Shown piece after piece: positions 24,691 through 39,119 of a stretch of 64,000 bases of DNA. The translations under genes were made by a program, and so were the position numbers. The stretch spans positions 58,714,001 to 58,778,000 of the forward strand of contig OX597815.1 in assembly GCA_951406725.2 (NCBI GenBank), given 5' to 3'. The notes beneath the pieces were generated by a model. That model saw nothing but the letters and a program-made list of their open reading frames with translations. It made no database searches and had not been told where the DNA came from. The DNA is from Octopus vulgaris. Taxonomy: Eukaryota. Numbering within the stretch: position 1 is the first letter of the stretch; every line of letters begins with the position of its first letter.

Positions 24691-27127
24691 TATGTGTGTA
24701 TGTGAGAGTGTACATATTTATGTGTGTATGCGTGAGTGCTTACGCGCATATTTGTTTACATTTCTTAGATCGATAAGATCTGTAAATTATGTCGTTCTTT
24801 ACTTGGAAAAGGAAAACAAAAGAGTCTAATATTTAATTTCCTATACATATCTATGTGTGTTTATGAAACTGATAAACTAAATACTATTTCTAAAAATTTG
24901 CTCTTTTGATTAAAATACCAGTGACTTCAGGGCAAAACCTTTTACTAGAGTTCGCCAGCATAAATGCGTCTCTGTCACTCACTCCTACTCCATTTGTTAT
25001 TTTAGTCTCTCTCTCTCTCAAACACACATACTATTTAATAAACACAGTATATATATATATATATATTTGTATGATATACTACATTTCTTTATATATTACC
25101 ATCACGGAACAATCAATGAAGTATTTTCAAATATACAGGCATGGGTGCATATTATAAACGATTTTCGAGTTTCCGAAGACAATACTAGTATTATTTTATT
25201 TTTTCAGCATGACAGTTTCGTGTATAGATGTTTAAATAAAAATATTGCCCAAAAACTAATTAGAGAGAGAGAGAGTAGGCATGAAAGACATACTTTGAAA
25301 TTCTATGTTGAACAAAAATCAATAAATCTGAATGTAGCATACAAGTATTTATGTGGTTCTCGTTTGTAAATATATAAATATAACTGCTAAATACCTCTAT
25401 ACACACAGCCTGAGCTCAAAAACTGGTTATTACTGACATAACATTATAGCATGGATTTATGGTAAGCATTGATCTATTAACCGTTGATAGTAAACTTATT
25501 AAATAGGTATAGGCGACTCCTTTCTAACATAACATGGTTCTATCTGTTGTAATAACATCAAAATAAAGCTTACTCAAATCATCGACGTTCAGTAGATTCA
25601 TAGGTCCTATTAATGGAACGTATGTTAAATTTACATGTGTAACATATTCGAAATAAATGTAAATATTTTATCACTCTTGATGAGTGACATAAAAAGACAT
25701 TAACACAAACAACTAAGCTTGACGAGTAAAAAATATATGTTGATTTGCTTTACTCACGCCCCCTGTTACTAAAAATAGAACAAAATGTAGAGAAAATGTT
25801 CTAATGTAATACAAAATATTATTTGGACTTAAATGTCGATCAGACTTTAGTGACGAATGAATAGAAATAGGTGGACAAAAAATGGCGTCCGGGTATCGTT
25901 TCAAAAGTGATTAACTAAAATGTCTTGCGGACCTCACTTTTAAAATACCATAGCATGATGTTTTGGCTTTTGTCCAAAACAGAGGTGGAAAGTGAGGTGG
26001 TGAGAGGGAGCAGCAAAGATAGAAATAACACTTTTAACAGCTGGTTCTGTAAAATCAAAAAGGTAAATAATAAACTTTAAAAAAAAAGGTCCATATTTAA
26101 AAACAATATTGGGAAAATTTTTTTAATTATTTTCTGCATACAATAGGAAATTTAAAGCGAACAAGAAAGTAAAATGTTTGCAAATATTACCTGAGATATT
26201 GCAGACATGACTAGATCATTTGAAGTAAGGCTTTCTCGAAGAGTCGTAAATGATGGGCGGAAAATATTTTGATATGAAGAATCCCTCAGTGGTAAATTCC
26301 AAATAACTGGACTGTATCAAAGTTTGCAGTAACGATCGCAAATAGCACAACAGTGAAAAAAAAAAGGACATCGAAAACAAAAGGTATATTGCCCTCACGA
26401 GATAATGAAGTGGAGCTTATAAAAGACAGTTAAATGGTGTTAGAGGTGGGTTGAGGTATCGAGAAAATGGTCAACTGAAGAATGTTTAAATTACATCCCG
26501 AATGTTTTACTAAAATTATAGAAAAGGAGGTCATATCACAAGTTCTGTTTATCAAATAAAAACTTTTCGGCATTACTGAAACCGCAGGAGACACGATTAT
26601 TATTACAACAGTATCACCATAGCTTTTCAACACCTTTAAAAAGAAAACAAACTGATATGTAAAGTTATGTTACGGAATGACAAGTGGGCGTATAGTCATG
26701 GGAGTATTGGCAGTTGATATAAATAAGTCGGTTTTAAACAGTGTACGAGATAAACACCCGCCAGAATCCGAACAAAATAGGATGGCCAGCTGATTATTTG
26801 ACCGCGAGCTTCTGGCGTCTTCGAAGATTCCGAGAAAAGCGTCTCTTTGGAAGAAAACAGGACAAAGCAGTTTTTGTATTTTTCCTCAATAACGTTGCAA
26901 AAGGGTCCCATATGGATTTTGTTTTTGTGAATTCTTTGGTATTTCGAAGTTGTCTGTAGGATCAGTTTGCAGCAAATATGCCTGTCCTTGCTTTTCTAAC
27001 CCACTTCAATTAACTAACACTTTTCTAACGATTTTGATCAGCCTCAGACAGTTGTTATTGCTTTCAGAACTTAGCGGCAGCCTCGCAGTCACAACAACAG
27101 TTACGTTCGTCTGTATGCGTGAGTTTT

Positions 27128-27155
27128 TATATATATATGTGTATGTATGTATATA

Positions 27156-27190
<35 letters not shown>

Positions 27191-27234
27191 ATATATATAT
27201 ATGTGTATATAAATATATAATATATATATATGTG

Positions 27235-27287
<53 letters not shown>

Positions 27288-27312
27288 ATATAAATATATA
27301 TATATATATGTG

Positions 27313-27389
<77 letters not shown>

Positions 27390-27831
27390 ATATAAATATA
27401 TATATATATAATATATATATGTGTATATAAATATATATATAAATATATATATATGAGTATATAAATATATATATAATATATATATATGAGTATATAAATA
27501 TATATATAATATATATATATGTGTATATAAATATATATATATAATATATATATATGTGTATATAAATATATATATATAAATATATATATGTGTATATAAA
27601 TATATATATAATATATATATATGTGTATATAAATATATATATATAATATATATATATGTGTATATAAATATATATATATAATATATATATATGTGTATAT
27701 AAATATATATATATATGTGTATATAAATATATATATATAATATATATATATGTGTATATAAATATATATATATATATATATGTGTGTTATAAATATATAT
27801 ATATATATATGTGTTATATTATTTGTATATA

Positions 27832-27864
<33 letters not shown>

Positions 27865-27904
27865 GTGTGTGTATATAATATATATATATATATATATATG
27901 TGTG

Positions 27905-27993
<89 letters not shown>

Positions 27994-28006
27994 ATATAAA
28001 TATATA
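27128..28006. repeat. (TA)n microsatellite with a recurring gtgtatataaa subunit
   Basis: Direct inspection. Confidence 0.95.
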
Positions 28007-28258
28007 TCATCATCATCATCATCATCATCATCGTTTAACGTCCGTTTTCCGCGCTAGCACGGGTTGGGACGGTTTCGACCGGGGTCTGGAGAGCTCGGGA
28101 CTGCCCCAGGCTCCAGTCTAGTCTGGCAGTGTTTCTACAGCTGGATGCCCTTCCTAACGCCAACCACTCCGCGAGTGTAGTGGGTGTTTTTTACGTGCCA
28201 CCTGCACAGGTGCCAGAGGGGTCTGGCATCGGCCACGTTCGGATGGTGCTTTTTTTTT
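28007..28258 (-). mobile_element. RTE-type 3' tail or SINE, young and CpG-retaining
   Basis: (CAT)n cgtttaacgtccgttttccgcgctagcacgggttgg.. matches the RTE tails. Confidence 0.8.
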
Positions 28259-28260
28259 AT

Positions 28261-28897
28261 GGGGGGGTGCAGAAATATAGGGGAGCACCAGTGGGAGGGG
28301 TGGTTCAGAGGACAGGTAATAGGCAAGTAGAACGTAGGATATCGAGAGAGGGGTAATGCATGGTGAAATAGCGTATTGAAGAGGGGGGTTCAAAGAGTAG
28401 ACACCTATAATGGTGGTGGGGGGGGGGTGCAGAAATATAGGGGAGCACCAGTGGGAGGGGTGGTTCAGAGGACAGGTTCTAGGCAAGTAGAACGTAGGAT
28501 ATCGAGAGAGGGGTAATGCATGGTGAAATGGTGAAATAGCGTATTGAAGAGGGGGTTCAAAGAGTAGACACCTATAATGGTGGTGGTGGGGGTGCAGAAA
28601 TATAGGGGAGCACCAGCGGGAGGGGTGGTTCAGAGGACAGGTTCTAGGCAAGTAGAACGTAGGATATCGAGAGAGGGGTAATGCATGGTGAAATAGCGTA
28701 TTGAAGAGGGGGTTCAAAGAGTAGACACCTATAATGGTGGTGGGGGGGTGCAGAAATATGGGGGAGCACCAGTGGGAGGGGTGGTTCAGAGGACAGGTTC
28801 TAGGCAAGTAGAACGTGGGATATCGAGAGAGGGGTAATGCATGGTGAAATAGCGTATTGAAGAGAGGGGTTCAAAGAGTAGACACCTATAATGGTGG
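28261..28897. repeat. G-rich tandem repeat, ~160 bp x 4
   Basis: ggtgcagaaatat recurs at ~28266, 28426, 28590, 28747. Confidence 0.95.
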
Positions 28898-28968
28898 GAG
28901 AAACGACATCCGGTAGAGTTGGAGCAAAATAGAGATATCCGGTATTGGTGGTGGGTAGGGCGGGCGCG

Positions 28969-31900
28969 CCGCGAAGAACCGACAGCCAATTTCTAATCAA
29001 GAACCGACAGCCAATTTCTAATCAGCCCTGTAAGGGAGATAGAACCTCAATATCTATAACGATAACTAGTGAATTATACGGAATATGCAAAAACGAGGCG
29101 AGGCTGAAATAGTAAACAGAGTGGCGACTAGGGGGATCAGAATAATAATAATTAATAAATAATAATAATAAATAGAGATACGGATGAATTAAAGTTCAAA
29201 GATTTCTTATCTTGGGATCACTTCGTTTACGGACAGACTTGGCAAAAGGAGTTCGGAATCAAGAGTGAGGCAGGTTACTAGCTTAAGTATGCATGGCCAT
29301 GTCGAGGAGTAGGAAGAGGAGTCCAGACAGACAATGTAAAAAGAGGGGGAGAGAAACCCCGCGAAGAACCGACAGCCAATTTCTAATCAAGAACCGACAG
29401 CCAATTTCTAATCAAGAACCGACAGCCAATTTCTAATCAGCCCTGTAAGGGAGATAGAACCTAAATATCTATAACGATAACTAGTGAATTATACGGAATA
29501 TGCAAAAACGAGGCGAGGCTGAAATAGTAAACAGAGTGGCGACTAGGGGGATCAGAATAATAATAATTAATAAATAATAATAATAAATAGAGATACGGAT
29601 GAATTAAAGTTCAAAGATTTCTTATCTTGGGATCACTTGGTTTACGGACAGACTTGGCAAAAGGAGTTCGGAATCAAGAGTGAGGCAGGTTACTAGCTTA
29701 AGTATGCATGGCCATGTCGAGGAGTAGGAAGAGGAGTCCAGACAGACAATGTAAAAAGAGGGGAGAGAAACCCCGCGAAGAACCGACAGCCAATTTCTAA
29801 TCAAGAACCGACAGCCAATTTCTAATCAGCCCTGTAAGGGAGATAGAACCTCAATATCTATAACGATAACTAGTGAATTATACGGAATATGCAAAAACGA
29901 GGCGAGGCTGAAATAGTAAACAGAGTGGCGACTAGGGGGATCAGAATAATAATAATTAATAAATAATAATAATAAATAGAGATACGGATGAATTAAAGTT
30001 CAAAGATTTCTTATCTTGGGATCACTTCGTTTACGGACAGACTTGGCAAAAGGAGTTCGGAATCAAGAGTGAGGCAGGTTACTAGCTTAAGTATGCATGG
30101 CCATGTCGAGGAGTAGGAAGAGGAGTCCAGACAGACAATGTAAAAAGAGGGAGAGAAACCCCGCGAAGAACCGACAGCCAATTTCTAATCAAGAACCGAC
30201 AGCCAATTTCTAATCAAGAACCGACAGCCAATTTCTAATCAGCCCTGTAAGGGAGATAGAACCTAAATATCTATAACGATAACTAGTGAATTATACGGAA
30301 TATGCAAAAACGAGGCGAGGCTGAAATAGTAAACAGAGTGGCGACTAGGGGGATCAGAATAATAATAATTAATAAATAATAATAATAAATAGAGATACGG
30401 ATGAATTAAAGTTCAAAGATTTCTTATCTTGGGATCACTTGGTTTACGGACAGACTTGGCAAAAGGAGTTCGGAATCAAGAGTGAGGCAGGTTACTAGCT
30501 TAAGTATGCATGGCCATGTCGAGGAGTAGGAAGAGGAGTCCAGACAGACAATGTAAAAAGAGGGGGAGAGAAACCCCGCGAAGAACCGACAGCCAATTTC
30601 TAATCAAGAACCGACAGCCAATTTCTAATCAAGAACCGACAGCCAATTTCTAATCAGCCCTGTAAGGGAGATAGAACCTAAATATCTATAACGATAACTA
30701 GTGAATTATACAGAATATGCAAAAACGAGGCGAGGCTGAAATAGTAAACAGAGTGGCGACTAGGGGGATCAGAATAATAATAATTAATAAATAATAATAA
30801 TAAATAGAGATATGGATGAATTAAAGTTCAAAGATTTCTTATCTTGGGATCACTTCGTTTACGGACAGACTTGGCAAAAGGAGTTCGGAATCAAGAGTGA
30901 GGCAGGTTACTAGCTTAAGTATGCATGGCCATGTCGAGGAGTAGGAAGAGGAGTCCAGACAGACAATGTAAAAAGAGGGGGAGAGAAACCCCGCGAAGAA
31001 CCGACAGCCAATTTCTAATCAAGAACCGACAGCCAATTTCTAATCAGCCCTGTAAGGGAGATAGAACCTAAATATCTATAACGATAACTAGTGAATTATA
31101 CGGAATATGCAAAAACGAGGCGAGGCTGAAATAGTAAACAGAGTGGCGACTAGGGGGATCAGAATAATAATAATTAATAAATAATAATAATAAATAGAGA
31201 TACGGATGAATTAAAGTTCAAAGATTTCTTATCTTGGGATCACTTCGTTTACGGACAGACTTGGCAAAAGGAGTTCGGAATCAAGAGTGAGGCAGGTTAC
31301 TAGCTTAAGTATGCATGGCCATGTCGAGGAGTAGGAAGAGGAGTCCAGACAGACAATGTAAAAAGAGGGGGAGAGAAACCCGCGAAGAACCGACAGCCAA
31401 TTTCTAATCAAGAACCGACAGCCAATTTCTAATCAAGAACCGACAGCCAATTTCTAATCAGCCCTGTAAGGGAGATAGAACCTAAATATCTATAACGATA
31501 ACTAGTGAATTATACGGAATATGCAAAAACGAGGCGAGGCTGAAATAGTAAACAGAGTGGCGACTAGGGGGATCAGAATAATAATAATTAATAAATAATA
31601 ATAATAAATAGAGATACGGATGAATTAAAGTTCAAAGATTTCTTATCTTGGGATCACTTCGTTTACGGACAGACTTGGCAAAAGGAGTTCGGAATCAAGA
31701 GTGAGGCAGGTTACTAGCTTAAGTATGCATGGCCATGTCGAGGAGTAGGAAGAGGAGTCCAGACAGACAATGTAAAAAGAGGGGGAGAGAAACCCCGCGA
31801 AGAACCGACAGCCAATTTCTAATCAAGAACCGACAGCCAATTTCTAATCAAGAACCGACAGCCAATTTCTAATCAGCCCTGTAAGGGAGATAGAACCTAA

Positions 31901-34227
31901 ATATCTATAACGATAACTAGTGAATTATACAGAATATGCAAAAACGAGGCGAGGCTGAAATAGTAAACAGAGTGGCGACTAGGGGGATCAGAATAATAAT
32001 AATTAATAAATAATAATAATAAATAGAGATATGGATGAATTAAAGTTCAAAGATTTCTTATCTTGGGATCACTTCGTTTACGGACAGACTTGGCAAAAGG
32101 AGTTCGGAATCAAGAGTGAGGCAGGTTACTAGCTTAAGTATGCATGGCCATGTCGAGGAGTAGGAAGAGGAGTCCAGACAGACAATGTAAAAAGAGGGGG
32201 AGAGAAACCCCGCGAAGAACCGACAGCCAATTTCTAATCAAGAACCGACAGCCAATTTCTAATCAGCCCTGTAAGGGAGATAGAACCTAAATATCTATAA
32301 CGATAACTAGTGAATTATACGGAATATGCAAAAACGAGGCGAGGCTGAAATAGTAAACAGAGTGGCGACTAGGGGGATCAGAATAATAATAATTAATAAA
32401 TAATAATAATAAATAGAGATACGGATGAATTAAAGTTCAAAGATTTCTTATCTTGGGATCACTTCGTTTACGGACAGACTTGGCAAAAGGAGTTCGGAAT
32501 CAAGAGTGAGGCAGGTTACTAGCTTAAGTATGCATGGCCATGTCGAGGAGTAGGAAGAGGAGTCCAGACAGACAATGTAAAAAGAGGGAGAGAAACCCCG
32601 CGAAGAACCGACAGCCAATTTCTAATCAAGAACCGACAGCCAATTTCTAATCAAGAACCGACAGCCAATTTCTAATCAGCCCTGTAAGGGAGATAGAACC
32701 TAAATATCTATAACGATAACTAGTGAATTATACGGAATATGCAAAAACGAGGCGAGGCTGAAATAGTAAACAGAGTGGCGACTAGGGGGATCAGAATAAT
32801 AATAATTAATAAATAATAATAATAAATAGAGATACGGATGAATTAAAGTTCAAAGATTTCTTATCTTGGGATCACTTCGTTTACGGACAGACTTGGCAAA
32901 AGGAGTTCGGAATCAAGAGTGAGGCAGGTTACTAGCTTAAGTATGCATGGCCATGTCGAGGAGTAGGAAGAGGAGTCCAGACAGACAATGTAAAAAGAGG
33001 GGGAGAGAAACCCCGCGAAGAACCGACAGCCAATTTCTAATCAAGAACCGACAGCCAATTTCTAATCAAGAACCGACAGCCAATTTCTAATCAGCCCTGT
33101 AAGGGAGATAGAACCTAAATATCTATAACGATAACTAGTGAATTATACAGAATATGCAAAAACGAGGCGAGGCTGAAATAGTAAACAGAGTGGCGACTAG
33201 GGGGATCAGAATAATAATAATTAATAAATAATAATAATAAATAGAGATATGGATGAATTAAAGTTCAAAGATTTCTTATCTTGGGATCACTTCGTTTACG
33301 GACAGACTTGGCAAAAGGAGTTCGGAATCAAGAGTGAGGCAGGTTACTAGCTTAAGTATGCATGGCCATGTCGAGGAGTAGGAAGAGGAGTCCAGACAGA
33401 CAATGTAAAAAGAGGGGAGAGAAACCCCGCGAAGAACCGACAGCCAATTTCTAATCAAGAACCGACAGCCAATTTCTAATCAGCCCTGTAAGGGAGATAG
33501 AACCTAAATATCTATAACGATAACTAGTGAATTATACGGAATATGCAAAAACGAGGCGAGGCTGAAATAGTAAACAGAGTGGCGACTAGGGGGATCAGAA
33601 TAATAATAATTAATAAATAATAATAATAAATAGAGATACGGATGAATTAAAGTTCAAAGATTTCTTATCTTGGGATCACTTCGTTTACGGACAGACTTGG
33701 CAAAAGGAGTTCGGAATCAAGAGTGAGGCAGGTTACTAGCTTAAGTATGCATGGCCATGTCGAGGAGTAGGAAGAGGAGTCCAGACAGACAATGTAAAAA
33801 GAGGGGAGAGAAACCCCGCGAAGAACCGACAGCCAATTTCTAATCAAGAACCGACAGCCAATTTCTAATCAGCCCTGTAAGGGAGATAGAACCTAAATAT
33901 CTATAACGATAACTAGTGAATTATACAGAATATGCAAAAACGAGGCGAGGCTGAAATAGTAAACAGAGTGGCGACTAGGGGGATCAGAATAATAATAATT
34001 AATAAATAATAATAATAAATAGAGATACGGATGAATTAAAGTTCAAAGATTTCTTATCTTGGGATCACTTGGTTTACGGACAGACTTGGCAAAAGGAGTT
34101 CGGAATCAAGAGTGAGGCAGGTTACTAGCTTAAGTATGCATGGCCATGTCGAGGAGTAGGAAGAGGAGTCCAGACAGACAATGTAAAAAGAGGGGAGAGA
34201 AACCCCGCGAAGAACCGACAGCCAATT
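28969..34227. repeat. Satellite array of 13 units of 389-415 bp, each with 2-3 copies of a 25-bp subrepeat
   Basis: agccctgtaagggag at 29024, 29439, 29828, 30241, 30656, 31046, 31460, 31875, 32265, 32678, 33093, 33482, 33871. Subrepeat aagaaccgacagccaatttctaatc. Confidence 0.98.
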
Positions 34228-34290
<63 letters not shown>

Positions 34291-34402
34291 GTATATATAT
34301 ATGTATATATATATATATATGTATATAATATATATATATATATATATATGTATATAAATATATATATATATGTATATGAATATATATATATATATGTATA
34401 TA

Positions 34403-34541
<139 letters not shown>

Positions 34542-34543
34542 GT

Positions 34544-34577
<34 letters not shown>

Positions 34578-34768
34578 ATATGTATACTCTTTTACTTGTT
34601 TCAGCCATCCGGCCGAGGCCATGCTGGGGCACCGCCCTTGTTGCTACCCTCTCTAAGTCCAGTTTGCCGTGGCTGGCCACTGATCTAAGAGAGAGTTTGT
34701 AGCTGCTGCCCTTAGGTTACCTTCGTACCTTGCAGTGGGTTCATCTGGGATCCCGGAAAGCAGCTTGT

Positions 34769-37722
34769 CTAGATGTTTTTGAAAATGTCCACATCCGCAT
34801 CATGTAGATCTCTTAGTTTTCTTGGCAGTTTGTTGAAAAGCTGAGGGCCCCTGAACCCCAGGCTATTACAGTATCTGCTCCTTACCCTGGATGTGGAAGA
34901 CGGGACCTTTGGCACCACACAGTGACGTCCTGTACGGGGATTGGAACAGCTCTCAATTCCAAAATTTGGTGCTAGTCCCTCCAGGATTTTCCATATGTAT
35001 ATCACTGCATATCTCTCTCGTCTTCGTTCCAAGGAGTACAAATTGAGTTCCCTAAGCCTCTCCCAATAGTTCTTTTCTTTCATGGTGGAAATCCTCTTGG
35101 TGAAATGTCTTTGGATTGTCTCAAGCTCTGTGGTTAGTTTGACACTATGCGGTGACCACAGTTGGGAGCAGTAGTCCAGGCGGCTTAGGACAAATGTCCT
35201 CCATAGTGTCAACATGGTCTCGCAGTCTCTTGTCCGGAATGTTCTCAGGATCCAGCCAGTGAGTCGTCTGCACATTGTCGCCACCTTCGCGATGTGTGAA
35301 GAAAAAGATGCATCGTCACTCATGTCTATCCCCAGGTCCCGTATTGATTTCGATACTGGGATTTCGATCCCTCCTGGACCAGTATAGTTGTGTTGTAATG
35401 TATATGTGTTTACAGCTTGATATTGTAAGGCTTGAAATTTACCAGCATTAAATTGCATGTTGTTGTCTTCAGCCCATTTGTATATGGCATCCAGATCTTG
35501 TTGTAAAAGGTCAGCATCAGCTGGGTTTTTGATTGCCTGTGCTACCTTTGCGTCATCAGCATAGCTAGTGAGGGATGTTGTTTGTGCTACCAAGGGCATG
35601 TCAGAGAGCGCCACCAAAAACAGCAAGGGACCCAAGACTGTGCCCTGTGGCACCCCGCTTGCTATTGGTGTCTTTCCCGAGAGGGCTCCATTGGCTGCAA
35701 CCATCTGGCTTCTGTCCTTCAGGAAGTCATGTATCCACTCACCTACTTTTCCTGTTATGCCGAGTCTGAGTAATTTGTGACATATCACTCCGTGGTCGAC
35801 TTTGTCAAAGGCCTTCGCAAAGTCGAGATATACCACATCCACCTGTGAGCGATCCAGTAGTTGTTTCAGTACCCAGTCGTAGTGTTGTAACAGCTGCGTA
35901 AGGCAGCTTCTTCCTGGGCGAAAGCCATGCTGTGTGTCAGTGAGACGGTTAGTTTCTTCGAGGAACGTGATCAGTTTTTTTCTGATGATTCGTTCCATGA
36001 CCTTACTTATGTGTGACGTCAGGGAGACTGGCCTGTAGTTTTTGGCCTCTGCTCTACTCCCTCCTTTGTGGATAGGGCATATGGTGCCTTCTTTTAGCGC
36101 CCTGGGCAGTTTACCGTTAGCCAAGGAACCACTGAAGAACTTCTTCAGTGGTCCCGCTAGGGCATGCCTGCATGTTTTAGGAGGACTGCTGGGAATCCAT
36201 CTGGTCCAGCAGCTGAGTTTATTCTCATTTCTTCTATGGCAGATATTACATCCCTCTCTGTTATGTCTATGTGGTCGATGGTTGTTGTTTGGTTTTGGAG
36301 TGTTGTGGCATCAAAGAAAACTTCTGGGTTTGTGATTTGCATGTGCCCCAGAGGGGATGTGAACACACTTTTATACTGTTCCTTTAGTATTTCACTTATC
36401 CCTTGGGGGTCCTCAGTTAGAGAGCCCTTTTTATCAAAGAGTGGGCCAATCTTGCAGTGTACCGAGGTGGTTTCTTTCGCAAATTTAAAGAAGGCTTTAG
36501 GGTTTGTTTTAATATTCTCTATGGCCCTGGCTTCTCTCTCTGCCCTCTCCTTCTCATAGGAAAGTTTGAGTGCAGTTTCCGTTTCAAAAAGTTTCAGGTG
36601 GAGTCCCTCATTGTTTCTCTGCCGTGCATTCAGTTGCTTCGAGAGCTTAGCTCTTCGCCTCATAAGTATTTTCCTGTCTCTGGGAATAACGTTCCTATGC
36701 CCGCTGGCTTTTTTCTCCGGGACAAACTTATGGCATATGTTCTGTATTGTTGTCATGAAATGTTGGAAATGTGTGTTGGTGTCTTGTGTGGTGATGAAGT
36801 CACTCCAGTCATGTTTTCGGATCTCTTCGTTAATCTTCTTCCAGTTTGCCTTATGGAAGTTTAGACTGGATAGGCCTGTGGTATTTTCTAATGGCTGCGT
36901 CTCAACTAACTCTCTCATACCATATATCATTACCTCTACTAAGTTGTGATCTGAGAGAATTGTTGGTGTTACCATTATGTTGTGGATGAGCATCGGGTTG
37001 CTTGTGAAACAGAGGTCCAAGACATTCTCACCTCTTGTTGGCCAAAGCACTGCTTGCTCCATGAAAAACTTGCGTGTGAGAGCCAACAAGGACTCTGTCT
37101 GTCTCTGTTCAAGTGATGTCATTCCAGGGAGGAGATGGCCATCTGGCCATTTGACTTTCGGAAGGTTAAAATCTCCCAGCAGTAGAATGGTGTTACCCTG
37201 GTCCAGTTTGTCCAGGACTTCTTCTATTCTTCTGAGGCTATCTTCAAACACTCCTTCATGACTAGGGGTGTCTGGTGGCCGATATGTGACACATATTACT
37301 ATTTTCGGTTGTTTCATGTGTACTATCAGTGTGTCACAGACTGAGTTTGAGTGTGTCAACAGTACTATGGGTGTGACATCTTCACGGACGTACAGGGCAA
37401 CCCCACCATGAGTTCTTTCCTTCCTGTCCGACCGAAAAACAGTATACTTCGGTATGTGTATTTCTGCATCTGCTATACTGCTTGACAGGTGCGTTTCAGT
37501 CAGCGCTATGCATATTGCATGGTTGCTTGTGCTCAAGTCCCTAAGGTAAGGAATTTTACCCATATTAGTGGGTTTCACCAGACCTCTGACATTCAGCAGA
37601 AGCACTGGTGAGACACCCGGGGTGTCAATAAAGGCTGACGGTGTGGCACCTGGGCCGGCGTCAGCGGTGGCCACCCTGGGTCCCTTGATTGTGGTGGTCT
37701 TGAGTGCTGTTGTGAGTGCCAC
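34769..37722 (-). pseudogene. LINE ORF2 (AP endonuclease + RT), frameshifted near 36160
   Basis: LLNVRGL, LTETHL, GGVALYV, YRPP, LLGDFN, LDLCF, SDH. Then [44 protein letters not shown]. Confidence 0.93.
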
Positions 37723-38363
37723 TGGCTCTGAAGACGATGTATCCAGGCCAGTTGTCCCACAATTTTCTCTGCCATTTCCACAAAATTTCTTTGTTCTGCT
37801 GCCGCCGTCTGCATTTCCTCTGCAAATGTGCGCCTTCTCCTTGTTGGGGCATTACGCACTATGTCTGCATATTTCTGGGGCAGCTTGTATTTGTTCTGGT
37901 TTTGGTTAAGGCATTTTGGTCGAGTGGGTTTGATGCAATTTCCATAGGGCCTGGGATGAGCGAACCTGCATCCTTCCCCTGTTTCTCCATGCCAGCAGGT
38001 TCCATTCCGGAAGAATTTGCATGTTATCTGGGTTTTCTTGTCCCCAGTTCCTCTCTGTTTTTTCTTCCTCCGTTGGACGGTTGTCCACTGGTTCCTTTCT
38101 GCATAGGTCTTTTCATCCGGGTGGTTATTTTCTGTTTCCCCATCGCCGCCTATCTGTTGTTTGCCCTGCTTGCCTTCTTCGACTGTGGCAGTGGGCGTGT
38201 CATTTTTTGACACTCTGTGGTTGGTGTTTCCTGTTTCCATCTCTCTCTCTTTGTCTTTGTCCACCATGAGGACTTGGCTTAGCAAAGCCATGTGTGGTGC
38301 AATGAGAGTGTAGGCCCTTTCGACTTCTCTTTTCTTCCTCTCTACTTGCGCCAACGTCCTCAT
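37593..38363 (-). pseudogene. LINE ORF1 remnant with a CCCH zinc finger
   Basis: Basic patch QRRKKKQR followed by CKFFRNGTCWHGETGEGCRFAH, directly upstream of ORF2. Confidence 0.7.
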
Positions 38364-38479
38364 AAAGCCATGGCTTTTCAGGGTCGCCTCTATGTTTTTA
38401 GTTGGTTGCGATCTGTCGGCCGAGCTCCATCCTCTGATGAAAACTGATGTATATATATATATGTATCTTTATATATATG

Positions 38480-38580
<101 letters not shown>

Positions 38581-38635
38581 GTATATATATATGTATATAT
38601 ATGTATATATATATGTATATATATGTATATATATG

Positions 38636-38666
<31 letters not shown>

Positions 38667-38667
38667 G

Positions 38668-38978
<311 letters not shown>

Positions 38979-39081
38979 ATATATATATGTATATAGGGGT
39001 GAAAAGGAACACACGAGTTGATATATATGAAAAAACAAGTAAAAAATAGAAAATGCTAAAATAATTTTATAGTGAACATTT

Positions 39082-39119
39082 CAGTACCGGTTTCGGTCAT
39101 TTTGAGACCTTTTCAACTG
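39082..39119 (-). ncRNA. Minimal hammerhead motif with variant core
   Basis: cag-TTGAAAA-ggtc tcaaaat gacc-GAAA-ccgg-TA-ctg. Confidence 0.6.

Larger units (their letters stand above)
34583..38447 (-). mobile_element. Near full-length CR1-group LINE inserted in (TA)n
   Basis: ORF1 remnant, AP endonuclease, RT, and 3' tail ggcggtgccccagcatggcc..gctgaaacaagtaaaaga. Confidence 0.95.

Noticed and set aside
29024-29438. Satellite unit as tandem LTR or retrozyme
   Set aside because: TGTAAG and a purine tract are present, but I found no matching TG..CA boundaries, tRNA primer site or complete ribozyme core
29622-33847. Repeated 60-aa [14 protein letters not shown]..
   Set aside because: Non-ATG start. 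The frame depends on variable G-run length among satellite units. No motif
28969-34227. CRISPR-like array of 25-bp repeats
   Set aside because: The intervening sequences are identical rather than unique spacers, there are no cas genes, and the context is eukaryotic
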